From the NCBI GenBank assembly GCA_964016885.1, contig OZ024743.1, positions 218,488,001 through 218,552,000 of the forward strand: a stretch of DNA of 64,000 nucleotides, given 5' to 3'. The first letter of the stretch is position 1; each line of letters begins with the position of its first letter. Under the pieces are notes generated by a model. The model searched no databases. It had not been told where the DNA came from and saw only the letters and a program-made list of their open reading frames with translations. This document shows positions 51,999-64,000 of the stretch, one piece after another. The translations under genes and the position numbers were made by a program. This DNA is from Eledone cirrhosa (Eukaryota).

Positions 51999-53818
51999 TT
52001 ATATGGACTGTACCTGTAGTTGTGTCTCTTTGAGAATTATGTTAAGAGTACATGTTTGAGGAATGCTCTCTTCCATTTATACATTAATTACATGAACAAG
52101 CTGTTAGAAATGACAACAGTCCATCCATGCATAGGCCTAATTATTAGTCAATTAATTCTAAGTGATTTTGATAATCAGTGCATTTGCTAATTGGGAAATT
52201 TTATGCACACGCTTTGATCACACCTTAATCATAGATATGTTGTGGTCCAAATATACTATGTTATCACCTAATTAAGGATTACGGTGTACACTCCAACATG
52301 CACTAGTTGGTTGTATGAAGTGCAGTATAGCATGTAGTTATTCCTTTAAAATTGTTCAGTCTGTTTCTGTACGTAGCTCTAGGTGATGATAACAATCACA
52401 ACAGAGGTAGGCAAAGTGGACTTAGTTGGAGGGCAAAAATTATTTTTCTTCTTCACTTAGTAGTGTAGTGAAGCAAAGTATTTGGAGTAGGTTCAATAAT
52501 GTTGTACTTGACGTGGGTGTTAATGCAGGTTTCAAAAGTACAGCTCATTCCAGTATCCTAAGTGGTAGACATGATTTGGGGAGAAAGACTTAATTATAAG
52601 AGGAAGACTTAATTTTTGGTGACAGATTCAATCAGTACCACATTGCCCTTGGGTGACTTTAACAAAGTCTAGTTTATTGTAACAACAATTCAAGTTTAGT
52701 TTCTGATTTGAGAACTCATTCCCATTTCCTCCAGTCATGGAGATCCTGCAAAATCCATGAGAACTGCTATAAAAATACATTGGAGTATTTGTTCCAGTTC
52801 ATTGTGTTCTGAGTTCAAATCCTGTTGTAACATGCCATTGCAACATCCTTTATATGACTTAACACCACCACCTGATTCTTGGGAGACTTTAGTGAACATA
52901 TACCTAAATGCTATGTGTAGTGCTGAACAAGTCTTGGAAGCAGCTTTCCTTGAAATAAGTACTATATGGACAGATCCCTCCTGTATCTGCTTTAGTTAGG
53001 GAAAGAAGGATAAGATATGCTGAGCACTGCTACCAAAGCAAAGACGAGCTTGTTAGCAGTCTTCTTTTGTAGATCCCAACACATGAACACTCTTGCATCA
53101 GGTGTCAGATGATTTATATCGACCACCTGACTAAAGGTATTGGTTTGATGAAAGGAGGCCTGAAAACAGCGATGGGGGATAGAGACATCTGGACAGGGAA
53201 AATGGAGTTGGTCTAGACAACAATAGGGGACAGGGTCATCTGGGAAGGGAGAGTGGAGTTGGTCCAGGCAATTTGCTGATGAGGAGGAGGAGGATTTCAA
53301 CTTAGTGGATAAAGTAATAAAACTGAAACACTATCTGTAAACATATTTAGTAGAACATACTGGTTCTGGGAGTGGCACTACATGGTATGGTACCACGCCT
53401 CACAGTAATAGTAGTAACAACAATAACAAGAAGCAAGAACACACTTTCAATGGCTGTTAAGAATTACAAAAAACATCACATCACACAAAAACAGGGGTAT
53501 TTGCCAAGAATAACAACTAGCGGTGAGTAAATAAAGAGGAATGGCATCATCATCATCATCATGAACGACAATATAATAAATATGTAATCCCAATATACTT
53601 AAGATTTAATATGAACAACAACAAACAAGAACAACTACAGGCAATAACAATGTCATGTACCAATCCATTCCTTATGAGAATTTCATCCATCATTTAACGT
53701 AATATGAAATATATGACACAAATAAAATATTATATATATTATGTGTGAATGTATGAGTGTGTGTGAGTGTGTGTGAGCATGCATATATATATATACACAC
53801 ACACACGTATACATACAT

Positions 53819-53851
<33 letters not shown>

Positions 53852-54907
53852 ATATATATATATTATATATATATATATATGTATGTACACATGTATCTAA
53901 ATACATGCATGCATACATACATACACACATACATGCATACATACATACACACATACATACACACATACATACATGCATACACACATACATGCATGCATGA
54001 TGGCTGCAACTCGATTTTGAGTAATGCCATCGCTTGATACTTAAGAATGAGCATCACGGACGTGGTTTTTTAGTCATGCATCGCAAATAATTTCACATAT
54101 CAAGCAATGCCTGTGCTTGAAGTTGTTTTAAGTGAAGAAAGGCTTTGCATGGGGCCAATCCCACTCTCTGAACATTAAATGCACTTGCCCAAAAGAAGAA
54201 CTGGTCTGCATCATTGGATGCAAATGATGTCGCAGGTTTTATATCAGAATAAGGAGTCTCTTGTTCCACAAAAAAAACAAAACAACAAAAAACTTTATTG
54301 GATGGTCGTTGACTCTCCTGAGTTCCTCCGTTCCTCAAAGGGTGGAGAATGTACATACATACATGTGTGTGCAAACAACAGAAAAGAGTACTCAAAACAT
54401 TGTATAGTGTAGGGTTGGGGTGGGGGAGTTTATATTTGAGAGATGATGAAAAGATGAACACAAAAAGACACATGTACATACAATTGGGTATTAAGTCTGC
54501 AATTGTAATTCCACAGATATTCTGTTTAATAAACAATGATAATTGATGTCCATGACATGCTAGTTAAAATAACCCCTACCTCTACCTTCACGCCCCACCC
54601 ACTCATCTCTGATGAAGTGAAGAAAATCAAAAACACAGTTAATTACGTTTGCCATAAGCCTCTTACATCAATAATTAATGAATCCAACATGAACTTTAGA
54701 ACAGCCTCTCCTTTTTTTACATTTGTTTTATAAACTTTAATCTGTCGTTGATTAAACTTTACATTACCATATTATTAAGGGTTTTACTACTGCCGTGTGT
54801 ATATTATTATTGTTGTTATTACTGTATTTGTAAGAAATCAATGTTATAATAAAACTATAAGAAATCATTATTATTGTAAACAATATATATACATTTTTTT
54901 TTTTATT

Positions 54908-55632
54908 AGTGGATTGCCAGTATTGGTAGAACATCGGGCAACATGCTTTATAACATAGAGTTACAGCCCTCTATATTCTGAGTTCAAAGCCCGTACTAGG
55001 GTTGATTAATTCCTCTCCCCAAATTGTTGGCTCTGTGCCTAAATTAAAAACCATTATTATTATTATTGGCAGAGCGTTGGCCACTATACTTAGTGTTATG
55101 TCCCTTTACATTCTGAGTTCAAATCCAGCCGAGGTCAGATATGCTTTTCAAATTTACAAGGTTGATAAAATAAAGTACCAGTAATGCACTGGGATAAATT
55201 TTATCAACTTTCCCCGCCTTGCAAAATTGTTGACCTTGTGCCTAAATCAGAAACGATTATTATCATTATGGCATTGATGAAATAAAGTACCCGTAACGTA
55301 CTGGGATTGATTTAATCAACTTTCCTCTCCCCAAAATTGTTGGCTTTATGCCTAAATCAGAAATCATCATTATTATTATTATTCACAAAATTGGTAGAGT
55401 GTTGGACAATATGCTTAGCAGCATAGAGTTATAGCCCTTTACGTTCTGAGATCAAATCCTGCCAACGTTAGCTTTAATTTTCCTCCCTACAGGGTGGATA
55501 TAATAAAGTACCAGAAATGCACTGGGGTCGATTTAATCGACTTTCCCCTTTCCCAAAATTGTTGGCCTTGTGCCTAAATCAGAAAAGTACCAGTAATGCA
55601 CTGAGTAATTGCTGGCCTTGTGCCTAAAGTAG
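54908..55632 (+). mobile_element. Head-to-tail cluster of tRNA-SINE copies and fragments
   Basis: Three heads and about 5 tails, each joined at the (ATT)n tail of the previous one. Confidence 0.85.
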
Positions 55633-56095
55633 AAACAATTATTATTATTATCTATGGTGTGAGAAATACATCAAGAATTTCCCTTTCTTAAAATAAGAAT
55701 TAGGTCCATCTCGGAAAATATGCAAAAATTTATTTAACTTAACATTATCTCTGCGAGAATGTTATGTTATAGGCCTTTATTTCCTGATAGAGTCATAAGG
55801 GTGCCGTGGAGATATATAATATGTCTTTGGAATTTAAGCCTGGCAGATCCTGTATCTCTCAAGGTCTGAATGCCTCTGATTTGTTCCAGAGAGAGAGGAT
55901 GAAAAACTGAGAAAGATATGTAGAGGAAGAATCAACCCCAGTAGTGGACTGGTACTTTATTTATCAACATTGAAAGCATGAAAGGCCAAGTTGACCTCAG
56001 CAAGTACAGGGAGCTGAATCAAATACAACGAAGCATTCTATTCTATGTTCCAACAATTCTGCCAATTCATTGTCTTGTGCGAGAATCCACTAATA

Positions 56096-56591
56096 CGAAG
56101 GAAGGCTGAACAGTTCATAGGCTGACTATGAAGCAGTGATGCTAATGCTGTGAAATCTTTCATGCATTAATTTCAACTATTCTTATTAATAACTGCATTG
56201 TTTCTTTCCATTTTATGTTAAAAAATAAACCTCACTTAGTCATTCCATTAGAGTATCTTGGTCAGCCTGTGAACTTTTCAGCTGACCCTCAAAGATAGAT
56301 AGGAGGGGGAGTTGAAAAATTCATATGGTGACTTTGAAGGAGTGATGCTAGAGCTGTGAAATCTTGCATGCAATAATTTCAAATCTTCTTATTAATAACT
56401 GTTTCTTTCCGGGGACTATGTTAAAAAATAAACCTCATTTGGTATTTCCTTGAAAATATCTTGGTCAGCCTGTGAACTTTCCAGCCAACACTCGAAGATA
56501 AGATAGATAGATAGATACGAAAGTGGATTACCTCATTTGATCATTCCATGAGAGTATCTTGGTCAGCCCATGAACTTTTCAGCTGACCCTC
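56096..56591. mobile_element. Tandem mariner MITE copies (same family as 9771)
   Basis: Two near-complete units plus a 3' partial, separated by (GATA)n. Confidence 0.8.
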
Positions 56592-57599
56592 ATTTTATTT
56601 CCAGATACTATGTCATCATTATCTAAAGAAACACTTCTATATCTGTTTTTATATGTAATCTGTCAATATTTTTACACAAATGACTATGTACTGCTTTCGT
56701 TGTGCCAATTATGATATGATTAGAGTGATAAAGATATTTCTTCACTGCAATTATGTCTTTGTCAGAACATTTCCAATTCCAGGAGCTACCAAAGCAAGCC
56801 TCAAGTCAGATATGGTAATGCTTTGGTGGGGAGCTGGGGGTTTTAAATTTCTATTATTGCTATATACTCCTCTAACAAACTATTGTTTTTGTTATACTTA
56901 GCTTTGTTTTCAAATATGGGTTTCATAAATATTTAAAATTTTTCTTTAGTGGAAATATATTGTTACATATATTGTCCTGTGGAATTTCAGAGGGCTGTTT
57001 TCAAAGGTATGCTTCTGAGGTAACCATTTTTCTCTAATACTATACTTTTGTAATCTACAATGGTCGTTGTGATGTTCATTAATAGCAGCAACATTACTGT
57101 CATTATCAATATTATCATCAAGGCAGTATCGGTAGAGCATTGGACAACATGCACTACAGCATATAGTTACAGCCCTTTACATTCTGAGTTCAAATCCTAC
57201 AGAGGTTAGCTTTGCCTTTCATCCTTATGGGGTCATTAAAATAATGTACCAATGATGCACTGGGATCAATTTAATTGATCATCTGAAGAGTAGAAGATTG
57301 CCAGAATAGGTAGAGCACCAGATAAAATGCCATTGTGTTATTTTTCAACTTTGCCTTTCACCATTCCAAAATTGATAAATTAAAGTACCAATCACGTAGT
57401 TAAGTTGATTTAATCAATATTTAGTTTGATTGGCAGAATTGGTAGAGTGTCGGATAAATTGCCATTGTGCTATTTGGTGAGAGAATTCTGGCTGGATATA
57501 GTTAGTTTAAATGCTAAAGGGTTAATCAACTTTACCATTCAGCTAAAATTTTCTTGCTTTGTGCCTAAATTAGAAATCACTATTAATACTATTATCAAG

Positions 57600-58780
57600 A
57601 CAAAAGACTTGTGGCAAAACTCTTTGCAATGGGTGTGAAAGATGATCTTTTCAACTGGTTGAAGTCCTTCATTCTGAGTCAAAAAGAGGTAGTCATGGTT
57701 CTAAAATAGCATTCTTCACCCTATGAGATGTCATCTGGTGTACCACAGGGATATATTCTTGGTCCCCTTTTGTTGCATATATTAATAACATAGATGCCAC
57801 AATGCTGAATATGCAGATGACATCAAGCTGTACCTTGAGATAAAAAGGACAGATCCTGAACACTATAGATCTTTCCTGTAATCAGACCTGGACACAATGC
57901 AGCAATGGATCACGGACTGGCAACTCAAGCTGGCTGTAGACAAGTGTACAACCATGTATTTTGGGAGGAAAAACCCAGCATCCACATACTCCCTCCATAA
58001 CAATAATATCAGGAAATCTTCTTGTGAACATGACCTGGGCATTACTGTCAGCAGCGATTTGCGTTGGACAAAGCACATCTCTAAACATTGTCAAGAAGGC
58101 CGAGGGTGTCTTGGCATCACTCAGCAAGACCATTGTCAGCCACTCTCCAACTATCTATTTAAAGTTGTATATAGCTATGGCACAGCCACACTTGGAATTT
58201 GCATCACCAGTCTGGAACCCCTATCTTTCTCAGAACATTGACCTCCTGGAAACTGTTCAGAGATGTGCAACCAAGTGAATACCCTCCATCAGGCATCTAT
58301 CATACTTTGAACGCCTTGCTTCCCTGGGCATGGATACATTGAAGCTCCGACGTCTGGTAAACACGACTTGGTAAACACCCACAGAATTATTAACCATCTT
58401 GCCAACAACAACCCTGAGCACCTTTTTGAATTCCATGTGTCTAACACCTGTGGGCATGCCTACAAAGTCAGAAAACAGCACAGCTCCCATGACTCTCGGA
58501 AACATTTTTTCATACTCAGAGTTGCTGAAGCATGGAACAAACTACCTGCATCAGTTGTTAGCTGCCGAGACACTGCATCCTTTAAAACCTCCATGCTTAC
58601 TGAAATTCACCAACACTACACCTGATATCCCTCCTCCATACACACGCACACATGTATCTCATGACTCATACACTGTTCACTTTCCTGATATTTGCACATT
58701 ATTCTATGTACTATACATGTACCTTTGATGAGTTATAGTGCACCTGAACACTGTACACAATAATTTCATTATTATTATTA
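57600..58780 (+). mobile_element. CR1/L2-group LINE, degenerate 3' part
   Basis: Remnants SGVPQG.ILGP, YADD, WQLKLAVDKC, HLEFASPVWNPY...LETVQRCATK and RVAEAWNKLP, with an (ATT)n tail. Confidence 0.85.
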
Positions 58781-58819
58781 CCATTACTATTATAAATATA
58801 ACTTCCATTAATTTCTGTA

Positions 58820-59200
58820 CTTACAGCATTACTAAATAAATTGAAACACTCACTCGTTTTAGCCTCAATTTCTAACTTCAACCAACGCTCTCTGTTACTC
58901 TGTGTCTTGGTATTGTTCCCATGGTTGAGTATTTGATTTTTCTCATCTTTTATTCTTTGTTGAATGAAAGTTGTTTGTGAATAAATTTGTTTCCAGTATC
59001 GATGCATTGTACGCCTATATGCAGCTCGTTCATCTTTCATGGCCCTGTAGTAGCAATGGGCAGCCTCAGCACGCATTTTCTTTATCCACCCTATTCTTCT
59101 TCTTCTCACTGGATAATGTTGTTGTCTTCTTCTTTGTACTGGTATATCTTAAGAAGACAAATGACTGTCCATAACTCTATGTACTTCAGATTATCATGTA
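58820..59200 (-). mobile_element. R4/Dong-like LINE N-terminal fragment
   Basis: CYYRAM...YRRTMHRYW...QQRIKDEKNQIL resembles the N-terminal CYY..GYRKRM..W..TEQRLxDQ motif. Confidence 0.45.
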
Positions 59201-59784
59201 TATGAGCCCTAGTATAGAATCCATCTAATCTATAATATAAAGGAAATTTCTCACCTTGTCTGGGTTAAAAAACGGACACCCACAAAACTACATATATATA
59301 TATATTCACTACATCACCAGACAGGTAATGGTAAAAATTGTTTAGCTTTACAAAGCAAGTAATATATTAAAATTCAGTTGGGCATATTTCCATACACATA
59401 TCAAATAAATCCAGGCACTTTGTTTTGCAACTATCTTACTCCATTCTCTAGAGAAAGAGAGAGAGGTTGGGAGAGAGAAAGAAAGTAAAGAAAAAGGATG
59501 ACAGAAAAAGGATGAAAGAGGGTGTAAGAGAGGATGAGAGAGAGGGGGAGAGGATGGGAGAGAGAGAAAGAGAGAGAGAGAGATGAAGCAATATGGGAGT
59601 GAAAACTCTAAAAGAAAGTGAAATATAAAGAAAGAAACAAAAGTTTATTGAAATTTTAAAAAGAAAGGGAAAATTTGTTAGAGAGTGTGAGAGGAGGCAG
59701 CATTCTTTGATCATAACGCTACATATGGAAGTATGCATATGTGTGTATATTTGTGTTGCTATTTACACATGCATATATATATAT

Positions 59785-60124
59785 ATCATCATCATTTCAT
59801 TTCACGTCCGCTTTTTCCCTGCTTGCAAGGGGGGGACGGGAACTGATTCTGGCTTGATTTCTACAGCTGGATGCCCTTCCTAACACCAACCTCATTTACA
59901 GTGAGTGCTGGGTGCTTTTTTGCCGTGGCACCTCCACGACCACTTTACAGTGGAATGATATGGACCCCTGTCTCTATCATCTCATTTCTACAGCTGAGTA
60001 AACTGGAGCAATGTGAAATAAAGTGCCTTGCTCAAGGAAACAACAGATCACCCGGTCTGAGAATTGAACTCACAATCTTTCGATTGCAAGGCCAATGCTC
60101 TAACCACTAAGCCATGTGCCTCCA
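59785..60124 (-). mobile_element. tRNA-derived SINE with RTE-type 3' tail
   Basis: Head TGGCTTAGTGGTTAGAG...GAGTTCAATTC, core CCTTGAGCAAGGCACTT...TTGCTCCAG, and a tail sharing TTAGGAAGGGCATCCAGC...GGACGT..AATGATGA with the RTE LINEs. Confidence 0.75.
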
Positions 60125-60599
60125 TATATATATGTATGTAAAAGGTAAACAAAAATAACAACACAATCGGTACAGAAGGGATTGGAGAAGATGTAAAAAT
60201 GATGAAGACAAGAAAAAAAGAGATATGAAAAATCCCAACTGCGGCACCAAGCGGTTTCGGCTTGTGTGTTCAACAAGTCTTTTCTCTGTTCAGTCAGTCA
60301 GCTCTGAAGAGTAGATGCCATTACAGTACCAGTAGAAATGTGAGCCAGTGTATGTCAGGTACAACTACTAGTAAAATATATAAGATACTTATATAATATG
60401 TATGACCGATAAAATTGATTATGTCAATGTTGTGGTGGTGGCAGTGCTGGTGGTGTTCTGTGTGTTGATGTGTTTGTGTGTTGTTGGATGGTAATATGGT
60501 GAAGGTGTGGTAGAGGCAGTATGGTGTTTGTGGTGGTGGTGGGGTTGCTTGTATGTGGTAGTAGGGTGTTATTATTTGCTAGGTCCAGAAGAAAGGGCC

Positions 60600-60900
60600 T
60601 GTGCATAAGACTTGAGGTTGATGAGATTGAAACTATTGCTGTTTAGTTTGAATTATTGTAAGTCAACTACTGCATGAAAGACATGTGCAGGGAAAGACTT
60701 CCAGAGGGATGACATTCTGTGGAGGAAGGACTGTGTATAGTGGTTATTGATGGGTCTGCAGAGTTGGACACAATATATATGATGAGAGGAGGAGAGACAA
60801 GAGTGGCAGGAGTGCCTGAGTGAAGATGGAATGAGATCATCCAGCTCTGAAGAGTAGATGTCATTATAGTAGTAGTAGAAACGTGAGCCAGTGTACATCA
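60600..60900 (-). mobile_element. Degenerate non-LTR LINE C-terminal fragment (CR1/Jockey group)
   Basis: FYYYY....SSEL..LIP...H.YCV...HY.QSFL.R.SSLW.S.PAHVF. Confidence 0.5.
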
Positions 60901-63900
60901 GGTACAACTGCTAGTAAAACATATAAGAAACTTATGTTGAGGGGTCTTTTTATATCTTCAAGTAAAAGTAATGTTAAGCATATCTGGCTAATAAAATTCC
61001 TTTTATTATTATTGTTATTGTTATTATTGTTGTTATTATTATCATTATTATTATGGTCGATAAAATAAAGTACCAGTAATGCACTGGGTAATTGCTGGCC
61101 TTGTGCCAAAAGTGGAAACAATTATTATTATGGTGGATTGGCAGTATCGGTAGAGCGTTGGACACCATGCTTTGCAGGATGGAGTTACGGCCCTTTACAT
61201 TCTGAGTTCAAATCCTGCAATGGTTAGCTTTGCCTTTCATGCTTACAGGGTCAATAAAATAAAGCACCAGTAATGCACTGAGGTCAATTTAGTCAACTTT
61301 CCCCTCTCCCCAAATTGCTGGTCTTGTGCCTATAGTAGAAATCATTATTATCATCATAGTCATCATCATCAACATCATCATCAACATCATCATCAAGTGA
61401 GCCAGTGTCTGTTAGGGCTCGTTAATGATGTGCTGTTCATGTTTAAGGGTGTGAGGTCGTCACATATACAATCAACAAAGCAAATGAACATAACAATAAA
61501 AATACATCAGACCTTTCACTGATTTGGTTTCAGTAATTTGACTGAACTGCATTCATATAGGTAAACATCTTAAAGAATTTCATTGATCAACTTGATGTCA
61601 GTGCTTCTTTCAGTCTATTACTTATTATTGATCTCTGCAGGACAAAAGCAAGAAAACAAGGGCACGTGCACACATACACACACTGAATAAAAACGTTTCA
61701 AACAATAGATTTATGCAGATTTGCAATTCTTGTTTTCTAAAATATTGTCCACTGATTGAATCATCTTTTTCCTGAGCAACATCGGGTATAACTGCTAGTA
61801 AAATATGTAAGATACTGGGGGGAGGGGCTTTTTTATATCTTCAAGTCAAAGTGATGGTAAGCATTTCTGGCTAATCAAGTTCCTTTTATTATTATTGTTA
61901 TTGTTGTTACTATTATTGTTGTTATTATCATCATCAACCCCAACATCATCAATTCTGACATAATAGGAAATTAATTAATCTTGGCAGTGAATCCTCAATC
62001 TGCTTGCCAATTTCCAATTACTTCAGCTCTCACTCAAATTGTTCTCTATCTGAGAATATGTGTTGTGTGTTGTATTTTAATAGGCTGAGAAGAAAGGACA
62101 GTGCCCAGTGTCTTTTCAAGACGGAACAACAACAAAATAATATTTGAGTATAGTCAATACAGTTGATGTTTAATTTGATCAACTACATGGTTAGGAAAGA
62201 GGCTATAGAATTCTTGAAGGTTGAAATTCTGCAGAGAAGCAATGGGCTAAGTGACAGAGGATGGACACATGGTAATGAAATAAAGAGTGCATTGAAAAAT
62301 GATTCTAACAGAAATTCTGTAGGGAATCAAAAACACTATTTTTTTTAATTTCAAATTTAAATGATTTCTTTTTGTTGTTATTGTGTATTAAAGGATTTAA
62401 AAGTTTGGTAAATTTTAATTAACAAATGAAATTTTATCTCTTGTAAGGAATGTTAAAACAAATTGAATTCAAATATAATTAAGATTGAGAAAAACAACGC
62501 TTATATTAGTTAACATTAGGTGTGAAACATTTGAAATAGTAGCCATGTAATGACCACATCCAGGTTTCTTTCTCTAGCTGAGTAAGAACATAACCAATTT
62601 TTCTGTGGCTTGATATTTCATCACCAAACATTTCATCAAAGGATACATAAATTTATTTTACTATTTAAATGAAAATATATTTAATATGATAGGCGGCAAA
62701 TTGGCAGAGTCGTTAGAACATCGGATAGAATGCTTTGTAGTATTCATTTTGGCTCTCTGCTCTTTGAGTTCAAATCCTGCCATGGTCAACTTTACCTTTT
62801 ATCCATTCATGGTCGATAAAAAAAGTACCAGTCAAGTACTGGGGTCGATTCTTCCTCTATATCTCTTTCTCATTTCTTTTCTCTCTCTCTCTATCCTCAG
62901 GCCTGGAGAGAAGATGGGCTCCACCAGGTTTTAAAATGCCCTAGAAACGCTGTATGTCAATATGGCACCCCTACAACTCCTTAGGAGTTATGGGTTCATA
63001 CCATATTCAATATGAATATCCTTCTTTATTAGACAATTAAATTTTACTTTAACAGAAAAAATAAATGGCCCTTTAGAAAAAAAATCAAATCATAAACCAA
63101 TCTAGCAAAATATCCAGAACTAATTTTTTGTGTAAGTGTGAGGTATGATTAATTAAATGAACACCAACTGGTACCTACTTTATGGATTCTGAATAAATGA
63201 AAGGTAAAACAAAACTTGATCAGACATGGACCTAGAATGTAAAGGGCTGAAATTAAATACTGTAATGAAGGTAACAAGTGATTTGCTAACTTAGTAACTT
63301 TCACTCATGATATATATAAAAAAAAAGTCATAAAATTACTTTGTAACCCAAATAAGATTTATGAATGAAAAGGAAACTTAAGATCAGTCACAAATAGATG
63401 TTAAACTTATAGCAGGTAGTAAGTTCTCAAAGAAGCAATTAACTCAAAGTGTTCATTTTGGTGCCACAATAAAAAGTACCCTGCCCTCACTATAAAGTGG
63501 CCACAGTAAATGTGGTTGGCATTAGGAAGGGCATCCAGCTGTAGAAACCAAGGTTATCTGATCTGGCTTGTCTCACAATGGGGCAGCTCATCTAACCCAT
63601 GCGTGGACATTAAATGATGATGATGATAATGATGATTAGGGTAGACATATTTTTTTCTAATGTGTTTAAAGCAAGTTATTTTTGATAATTACTGATTTCA
63701 TACATAGACAAAAGGAGAGAACTTTTTGGTAAGGGAACAGTCAATTATATCTCCCCTAGTTCAGGACTAGTACTTTATTTTATAGACCTTAAAAAAGGAA
63801 AGGCAAAGTTGACCTAATTGAAATTTGATTTTGGAATACTTCAAAACACTTTGTCCACCATGAGAACAATTCTGCAAATCTGCCAAGTATAATTTTTGCT

Positions 63901-64000
63901 CAGGATGAGGAATAACTTTGGTTTCTCCTCACTTCAAGTGGATTTTATTAAAGAATTTTGCTAATTATTAAACACATGCACTGATAAATATTCCCTTGTT

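Larger units (their letters stand above)
59229..61798 (+). mobile_element. Possible Helitron-like element with nested insertions
   Basis: 5' end a|TCTATAATATAAAAG. 3' hairpin CCTGAGCAACATCGGG followed by CTGCTAG|t. That the two ends belong to one element is inferred. Confidence 0.4.

Overview
This is eukaryotic, AT-rich, microsatellite-dense DNA. The SINE/RTE repertoire suggests an octopod cephalopod, which is an inference. The only host gene I can support is kinesin KIF6 on the minus strand. Five C-terminal coding exons join in frame with canonical GT-AG sites: 49069-48911, 40011-39961, 38957-38885, 15550-15430 and ~3099-2804. The rest is apparently intron filled with transposons: RTE LINEs with a PHD finger inside ORF2, a CR1/L2 LINE, R4/Dong-like fragments, many tRNA-derived SINEs, mariner, pogo and piggyBac-type MITEs, Helitron-like elements, a Chapaev3-like DNA transposon, and several minisatellites. 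Two signals stand out. First, several sequence-unrelated foldback elements, mostly sitting in (TA)n, each carry a minimal type-I hammerhead-ribozyme fold with a different core variant; this resembles Penelope-like pLTRs or retrozymes. Second, one KIF6 intron starts with a minisatellite ladder of in-frame GTGAGT donors and ends in a CAG/polyQ ladder of in-frame acceptors. Repeat boundaries are approximate unless a terminus or TSD is quoted.
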